Below are positions 14,143-19,176 of a stretch of 19,176 nucleotides of DNA, piece by piece. Origin of the DNA: Conexivisphaerales archaeon (GTDB lineage: Archaea; Thermoproteota; Nitrososphaeria; Conexivisphaerales; DTJL01); the NCBI GenBank assembly GCA_049509455.1, contig JBEKZX010000029.1:1-19176 (forward strand). The letters are read 5' to 3'. The position numbers and the translations under genes are program-made. The notes below the pieces were generated by a model. The model saw only the letters and a program-made list of their open reading frames with translations, did no database searches and was not told the DNA's origin. The stretch's first letter is position 1. Every line of letters begins with the position of its first letter.

Positions 14143-15746
14143 GAAGGCGGTGCCGGAGCGATGGGCTTCGCCATGTAGGGCCCCTTTCTGGAGTAGCCCA
14201 GCTTCGCGTAGTACTCCCTGGTGCCCACCGCGCTCGTGACGACCATCTCCCGCTTGTCAAATTCCTCCGCTGCCAGCCTCTCCGCTTCGGCCATGAGCTT
14301 CGCGCCAAAGCCGCGGTGCTGCCAGCCGTCGGACCTCCTTTGGCCGACGTCGACGAGCCTCCCGTAGACCCTGAGCTCCCTGATAACGGCTGAGCCAGGG
14401 TCTATGCACAGCGCATGGGCTCCCGGTCCCGGTATCCGCATGCGGGAGAACCCTGCTATGCTGTCGTTTTCGTCAACATAGGAGAGGAAGACTTCCTCTC
14501 CTCCTGACGCTTCATATCTCGAGACTTGGAGCCCGAAGGCATCTTGGGTGCTCGGCGGCAGAGACCTGACGCCGACTTCACGGCACCTGATACAGCTGCA
14601 CTTTTTACCCTGTTCCTCGAGCCTGCGGCGTGCCAGCTCTCTCAGGTTGCTCACCTTCACGCCAGCCTCTATCATATAGGCCGGGATGTCCCTCTGGACC
14701 CGCATGATTCTGATCCACGGGGGCGTCATCTCCTTAGCCTTCGCCACCAGCTCCACCGTCTGGTCCAGCGTATAGGGGACGTACTTTCCTTGTTCGTAGA
14801 GGCGGTGGAGGGGAGCGGACCCTATCACGAGGGTTGGATAGATCTTCAGCATATCTGGCTTGAACCGCTCGTCTTCGAAGAGCATCCTAAATGACTTCAG
14901 GTCCTTCTCGACGGAGGAGCCCGGCAGGCCGGGCATCATGTGAGCGACGACCTTCAGTCCCGCGTCCTTCGCCTCCATGAACGCCCTCGCCGTCTCCTCG
15001 ACGCCGTGGCCCCTGTTCACGAAGGCGAGGACTCCATCGTCCAAACTCTGGACACCGATTTCAACTCTGGTGGCGCCATACCTAAGGAGGAGCTTCAGCT
15101 CCCTCCCGCCAAGGCAGTCCGGCCTGGTCTCCAAGGTGAGCCCGACGCAACGCCTCCCAGCCGTCTCGTTGACCCGGATGGCCTCCTCCAGGGACGGCGA
15201 GCGCTCTCCGTTAAGCCCTTCGTAGAGGCCCTTCACGAATCCCTCCTGATACGACGGGTCGAAGCTTAGGAAGGTCCCGCCCATTATGATGAGCTCCGCC
15301 TTCCCCGTGCTGTGTCCTATCTCCTCCAGCTGCCGAAGCCGGTTGCGGACTTCGCGGAAGGAATCGTAGTCGTTCTGGGCCCCCCGGAGGGCTGCCGGCT
15401 CCTTTCCCGTATAGGACTTCGGGGATCCGAACGCCACCCCCCCCGGGCAGTAGATGCACCTAGCCTGGGGAGGGCAGGGGGCAGGCCTCGACATCGCCGC
15501 GATGACCGCGACACCCGATATGTTTCTGGCCACCTTGATGGTCAGAAGCGTCCGAAGGTCCTCCTCACCGGGTGCGAGGTATTTCAAGAGCTCCGAGTTC
15601 CGCGGAATGGAGGGGCTTCCGCTCTCCGAGGCCGCCCTCTGCTTGATGACCTGGACGTCCCGATGAGAGGGGCTCTGCATCTTCCTGAGCTCCTCCACGG
15701 CCGTCCGGGCGGCCAGTTCCAATCTATCCTGGGGAAGCTCCTGCAA
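14139..15746 (-). CDS. elp3: tRNA U34 acetyltransferase Elp3 (radical SAM plus GNAT)
   Basis: RNISGV, CPPQARCIYCPGG, KSYTGKEPA, ETRPD, RVQRDIP, QHRGFG, GTREYYAKLGY; TTG start; 4-nt convergent overlap with the AIRS gene. Confidence 0.96.
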   Translation of the reverse strand: MQELPQDRLELAARTAVEELRKMQSPSHRDVQVIKQRAASESGSPSIPRNSELLKYLAPGEEDLRTLLTIKVARNISGVAVIAAMSRPAPCPPQARCIYCPGGVAFGSPKSYTGKEPAALRGAQNDYDSFREVRNRLRQLEEIGHSTGKAELIIMGGTFLSFDPSYQEGFVKGLYEGLNGERSPSLEEAIRVNETAGRRCVGLTLETRPDCLGGRELKLLLRYGATRVEIGVQSLDDGVLAFVNRGHGVEETARAFMEAKDAGLKVVAHMMPGLPGSSVEKDLKSFRMLFEDERFKPDMLKIYPTLVIGSAPLHRLYEQGKYVPYTLDQTVELVAKAKEMTPPWIRIMRVQRDIPAYMIEAGVKVSNLRELARRRLEEQGKKCSCIRCREVGVRSLPPSTQDAFGLQVSRYEASGGEEVFLSYVDENDSIAGFSRMRIPGPGAHALCIDPGSAVIRELRVYGRLVDVGQRRSDGWQHRGFGAKLMAEAERLAAEEFDKREMVVTSAVGTREYYAKLGYSRKGPYMAKPIAPAPPS

Positions 15747-15839
15747 GGTACTGGCCTCTCAAACGGCCGGCATTATTTGAACCTCGCTAGGGCAAGTTGA
15801 AGAAGGTATATCTCGCCCGGTCTCGAAACACTCCGCGCA

Positions 15840-16775
15840 ATGATGAGACTGGCCGACGGCGTCCACTATCTCGGGACGGTGGGGGATCCTCAGGTCCTTT
15901 CGACCTATCTCGTAGGCCAAGGGAACGAGTTCGCCCTCCTCGAGCCTGGACCGTCCAACACCGTCGAGGAGACCCTATATCTCATCCAGTCATCCGGTGT
16001 TCCTCTTGACTCCGTAAAGTATCTCGTGGTGACTCATGTCCATCTAGACCATGCGGGTGGAGCATGGAAGATGATCGGTCGCCTTCCCAACGCCGATGTG
16101 GTCGTATACAAGGGCGGCGGCAAGCACATGGCCGACCCGCAGAGGCTGTCTCAGGGGGCCGAGATGGTGCTGGGGCCCCTCTACAAGCTCTGGGGGGAGA
16201 TGAAGGCCCTGCCTGCGGACAGGATACGGGAGGTCGAAGAAGGGGAGACCCTGTCGGTCGGAGGCCACCACCTTAGGGTCATCTACACTCCTGGCCACTC
16301 CCCTTTTCATATGTCCTTGATGGACCTCGAAAGCCGCTCCCTCTTCACCGGAGACGCAGTCGGCATGTACGTCGGCGAGAAGGACACCCTTTGGCCCGCG
16401 AGTCCTCTCCCCTCCTTCCGGTACGAAGACTCCATGGTGACCATCGGCGGCCTCGAATCGGAGTCCCCCCGTAGGCTCCTCATTCCACACTATGAGCCGC
16501 AGTCCGACGTCGCCCACCTGTTCGACCTCAATAAGAGAACATATCAGGGGTGGCATGACCTCCTGGATAGAGAGCCTCCTGAGAAGAGCCTCGGCCAAGT
16601 TGTGGAGGACCTTCTGGGTTCAAGCGCCTCGTATAGCTGGATCCCCTCCGACGAGCTCGCGAGGTGGGTCATCACGATGCACGCCACCGGGTTCCGACAG
16701 TATTTCCTTGACCGTAGGGATCCCCAACCACCGCCCACTGCCGGGCTTGACGGCGCCGGCAGGGGGCAAGCTTAA
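15840..16775 (+). CDS. MBL-fold metallo-hydrolase
   Basis: THVHLDHAGG, TPGHSPFH, FTGDAVG, IPH. Confidence 0.92.
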   Translation: MMRLADGVHYLGTVGDPQVLSTYLVGQGNEFALLEPGPSNTVEETLYLIQSSGVPLDSVKYLVVTHVHLDHAGGAWKMIGRLPNADVVVYKGGGKHMADPQRLSQGAEMVLGPLYKLWGEMKALPADRIREVEEGETLSVGGHHLRVIYTPGHSPFHMSLMDLESRSLFTGDAVGMYVGEKDTLWPASPLPSFRYEDSMVTIGGLESESPRRLLIPHYEPQSDVAHLFDLNKRTYQGWHDLLDREPPEKSLGQVVEDLLGSSASYSWIPSDELARWVITMHATGFRQYFLDRRDPQPPPTAGLDGAGRGQA

Positions 16776-16805
16776 ATGGACGTATATTAAGGCGAAGTCA
16801 TCGCA

Positions 16806-17462
16806 TTGGTCCGAGTAGTTTCCTTAGACATCTCTGGCACGCTGGTAGGCCCCGAACTTATGGACTACTTCTGGTTGGACCTCGTCCCCCTGCTCTACTC
16901 CAAGCGGCAAGGGATCTGGCTTTCTGAGGCCAAGGACGAGGTCTATGCGGCATACGAAGAGGTCAAGAAGGACGAGCTGCGATTTTACCTTCCCTCCTAT
17001 TGGTTCGGGAGGTTCGGCATCGCTGACCAGCTGGACCAGGCGCTAGACGAAGCCCGGAGCCGGATGCGGGTGTACTCGGACGTCGCCTCCCTGCGGCCCC
17101 TTTCGGGGAAGTACCGCCTGATCGTCTGCAGCAATATGACCGACGACTTCATGAGAGCCTTGACACCGAATCTGGGCATCGATGCCGAGGGCTGCTTCTC
17201 GGCGGTCTCAGCCTTCTCTATGACCACGAAGAGAAAGGAGTTCTACGAAAAGGTCGCCGAGGCACTTCAGGTTAGCCCGTCGGAGATAGTCCACGTGGGA
17301 GACGACCTGAAGGCGGACTTCGAAGCGCCCATCGAAGCCGGATGGAACGCTATCTACCTCGACCGCCAGCACCAACACCCCGACATCTCTCCCTCCATCA
17401 CGAATCTGGGCGCCCTTCCTTCCACCCTAGAGGGCCTCCTCGTTTCGGAAGCTCTCGGTTAG
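16806..17462 (+). CDS. HAD-superfamily hydrolase (atypical motif I DISGT)
   Basis: SLDISGTL, CSN, TKR, HVGDDLKAD...AGW; TATATTAA at 16783-16790. Confidence 0.88.
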   Translation: MVRVVSLDISGTLVGPELMDYFWLDLVPLLYSKRQGIWLSEAKDEVYAAYEEVKKDELRFYLPSYWFGRFGIADQLDQALDEARSRMRVYSDVASLRPLSGKYRLIVCSNMTDDFMRALTPNLGIDAEGCFSAVSAFSMTTKRKEFYEKVAEALQVSPSEIVHVGDDLKADFEAPIEAGWNAIYLDRQHQHPDISPSITNLGALPSTLEGLLVSEALG

Positions 17463-17516
17463 CCGAACCCATATATGGACCGTACGATGAAAGAGAGCCG
17501 TCGAGGGTGACGCGTT

Positions 17517-18167
17517 GTGGTATCGTTCACCGACGCGGTCTATGGTGTGGTCCTTCTCGGCTCTATAATCGCCGTGCTTTTCCTCTCCAAGCTGATCAAG
17601 AACCCATACGTCTCAAGGAAGTCGATTCATCTGTGGGTGGGCGTCGTCATCTTGATCATCCCCTTCCTCCTCAAGGACCCAGTCGTGGTAGGCATCCTCT
17701 GCCTTCTGCTTACTACCTTCACCATGATCCCGCATGTGCGCAAGAAGGAGCTCCCATGGTTCCAGTTCAAGGAGATCTTCGGCGAGGTATACTTCGCCGC
17801 CCTTACAACGCTCCTCCTAACCGCCTCATGGCACTACGATATCTGGCTGGCCGTGACCGCTCTGCTGTTCATGGCCTGGGGGGACGGAGTGACCGGTATC
17901 GTGAGGAACTACGTGTACAAGAGGAGGTACAAGGGCATCGCTGGAACCTACGCCATGATTGCGGTCTCCGTTCCTGTCGGTTTCATCGTCTACGGTTGGA
18001 GCCACGGCTGGGCAAACGGCTGGATAGGCGTCGTCGGGGCGCTGGTCGCCAGCTACGTGGAGAAGCTGGAGGTCATGGACGACAACGTCTCAATCCCGGT
18101 CTTCGGCTACGCAATAATGTTCGTCCTCCAAGGCCTCCTGGGCGTTTCAGCCGTCGTTAGGAACTGA
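17517..18167 (+). CDS. Dolichol/phytol kinase (CTP-transferase-like) family membrane protein
   Basis: SRKSIH, MAWGDG, KGIAGT, DDNVSIP in a polytopic membrane protein; GGTGA RBS at 17505-17509. Confidence 0.82.
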   Translation: MVSFTDAVYGVVLLGSIIAVLFLSKLIKNPYVSRKSIHLWVGVVILIIPFLLKDPVVVGILCLLLTTFTMIPHVRKKELPWFQFKEIFGEVYFAALTTLLLTASWHYDIWLAVTALLFMAWGDGVTGIVRNYVYKRRYKGIAGTYAMIAVSVPVGFIVYGWSHGWANGWIGVVGALVASYVEKLEVMDDNVSIPVFGYAIMFVLQGLLGVSAVVRN

Positions 18168-18207
18168 CGCTACCCTTATTATGAAACCGGGTTCTGTTGC
18201 TTTGCAA

Positions 18208-18444
18208 TTGGCCGCCAAAGCTTCAAAGATCTTGGACGTAAGAGGCCTTTCCTGCCCCATCCCAGTGTTCGAGGTGAACAAGAACATAGGGCAGATCAAC
18301 ATGGGGGATACGCTCGAGGTTCTCGCCACGGATCCTGCGGCCGTGCCTGATATCAAGGCGTGGGCGCAGCGTCGTGGGCACATCTTCCTGGCGGCCGAAC
18401 CAAAGAACGGCTACACGCGAATAGTGGTAAAGAGGAACAAGTAG
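18208..18444 (+). CDS. tusA: TusA/SirA-family sulfur carrier
   Basis: LDVRGLSCPIP, LEVLATDPAAVPDIKAWA...GH; TTG 18208 preferred (TTATTAT at 18176-18182), ATG 18181 is the alternative. Confidence 0.92.
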   Translation: MAAKASKILDVRGLSCPIPVFEVNKNIGQINMGDTLEVLATDPAAVPDIKAWAQRRGHIFLAAEPKNGYTRIVVKRNK

Positions 18445-18600
18445 AAATCCTCCGCCTCCTAGGAGGAGGCCGCCTGCTTGGGAATCTTCTTAAGCTCGCT
18501 GACCGGCCCCACGGCTACGAGGGTGATGGCGACGGCCGAAATGGCGCGCCCCACGTGGGGGAGCACCACTCAGGCCAGCCGGGCAGGAACTGTTCTGCAT

Positions 18601-18605
18601 AAAAA
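18601..18605 (-). terminator. Oligo-T terminator after tRNA-Cys
   Basis: TTTTT on the minus strand 4 nt after CCA. Confidence 0.55.
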
Positions 18606-18609
18606 GGCG

Positions 18610-18722
18610 TGGAGGTGGGGGTGGGACTTTCAGCCGCCCTATGCCCGCGGGGTCAGGCGCGGCTTTTGAACCCACGTGGACTCGCTCTGCAGGCGAGTTC
18701 GTAACCGCTCCGACACCCCACC
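18610..18722 (-). tRNA. tRNA-Cys(GCA) with encoded CCA and a 38-nt T-loop intron
   Basis: Minus strand: acceptor GGTGGGG/CCCCACC, U73, CCA; D loop AGCGGTTA; anticodon arm CTCGC-CTGCAGA-GCGAG; T stem GTGGG/CCCAC; spliced T loop TTCAAAT; 75 nt mature. Confidence 0.95.
18627..18664 (-). other. Non-canonical tRNA intron at 59/60 with strict bulge-helix-bulge motif
   Basis: GTGGG|TTCA|AA^A|GCCGC...GCGGC|TGAA|AG^T|CCCAC: 4-bp central helix TTCA/TGAA between two 3-nt bulges. Confidence 0.9.
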
Positions 18723-18750
18723 TTCGGTGAAACCCTACGCAGGGCTTGCT

Positions 18751-18766
18751 AATTAAAAGTTTATTA
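18751..18766 (-). promoter_or_regulatory. tRNA promoter (BRE-TATA)
   Basis: Minus strand ATAATAAAC-TTTTAATT ending 29 nt before G1. Confidence 0.65.
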
Positions 18767-19075
18767 TCGGCTACAGCGTCAACTATAACGCCTTTTCTCT
18801 TTAAAATCCGTCCGTTCTGCCAATTTTGCCTACGGGGGGTAACTCAAAGGAACTAAACCTCTTCATGATTAAGTACCTTCGCATTTGCCCCCACTCTCCA
18901 GTTTGATCTCCAAGGCCATGACGGATGGCATGAGTGCTTCTGCGGTTTCTCATGGCGCTATCCGATTTGGCTGTAGCTGAGTCGGCATGCATGCTTCATC
19001 AGCGTCTCAGAAGGCGACCGAAAGGTCTATATCTAGAAATCCTTAAAACTAGTTTCCTTCTATGCTTAGCCAGCG

Positions 19076-19176
19076 TTGGCCGAGCAGCTCTCCGTTTTCG
19101 AGTCGAGCGACGGGAAACAGCTAACTTCTCATCGGCTGTTCCTAGGACTCGATTCTCGCCGAATGCCAGAGGTCGA
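19076..19176 (+). CDS. Possible 5' end of an unknown gene, truncated by the window edge
   Basis: TTAAAA at 19043-19048, then TTG 19076 with an open frame to the edge (MAEQLSVFESSDGKQLTSHRLFLGLDSRRMPEV); no motif recognised. Confidence 0.3.
   Translation, partial: MAEQLSVFESSDGKQLTSHRLFLGLDSRRMPEV

Noticed and set aside
18490-18675. Short ORFs overlapping the tRNA (18478-18669 +, 18490-18675 -)
   Set aside because: Explained by the GC-rich tRNA and intron; no protein features.
14139-18722. Functional link between elp3 and the nearby tRNA
   Set aside because: Elp3 acts on U34; this tRNA has G34.
1-19176. Mobile element
   Set aside because: No transposase, integrase, terminal inverted repeats or att duplication seen.

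Overview
GC-rich archaeal chromosomal window. TATA boxes about 25 nt before leaderless starts, Elp3, TrmB, a BHB-intron tRNA and heavy TTG start usage point to Archaea; the first gene resembles a membrane protein I recall from Nitrososphaerota, so a non-methanogenic TACK/Nitrososphaerota-like host is a tentative inference. Left to right: partial membrane protein (-), Fe/Mn SOD, TrmB regulator, short TrmB-like wHTH protein, a solo Cas4-like Fe-S nuclease fused to a PNKP-like HAD phosphatase, a purine nucleoside phosphorylase, a tightly coupled hdrCBA-mvhDGA operon (group 3c [NiFe]-hydrogenase/heterodisulfide reductase) with two maturation proteases, thiT coupled to an AIR-synthase-fold enzyme, elp3 (-), MBL hydrolase, HAD hydrolase, dolichol/phytol-kinase-family protein, TusA-family protein, and a tRNA-Cys(GCA) (-) with a 38-nt intron in the T-loop (59/60). 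No CRISPR array, transposase or integrase is visible. Top leads: the Cas4-HAD fusion and its cluster, Hdr-Mvh in this host, the T-loop intron tRNA and the thiT/AIRS pair. All family calls come from motif recognition by eye, not database searches.
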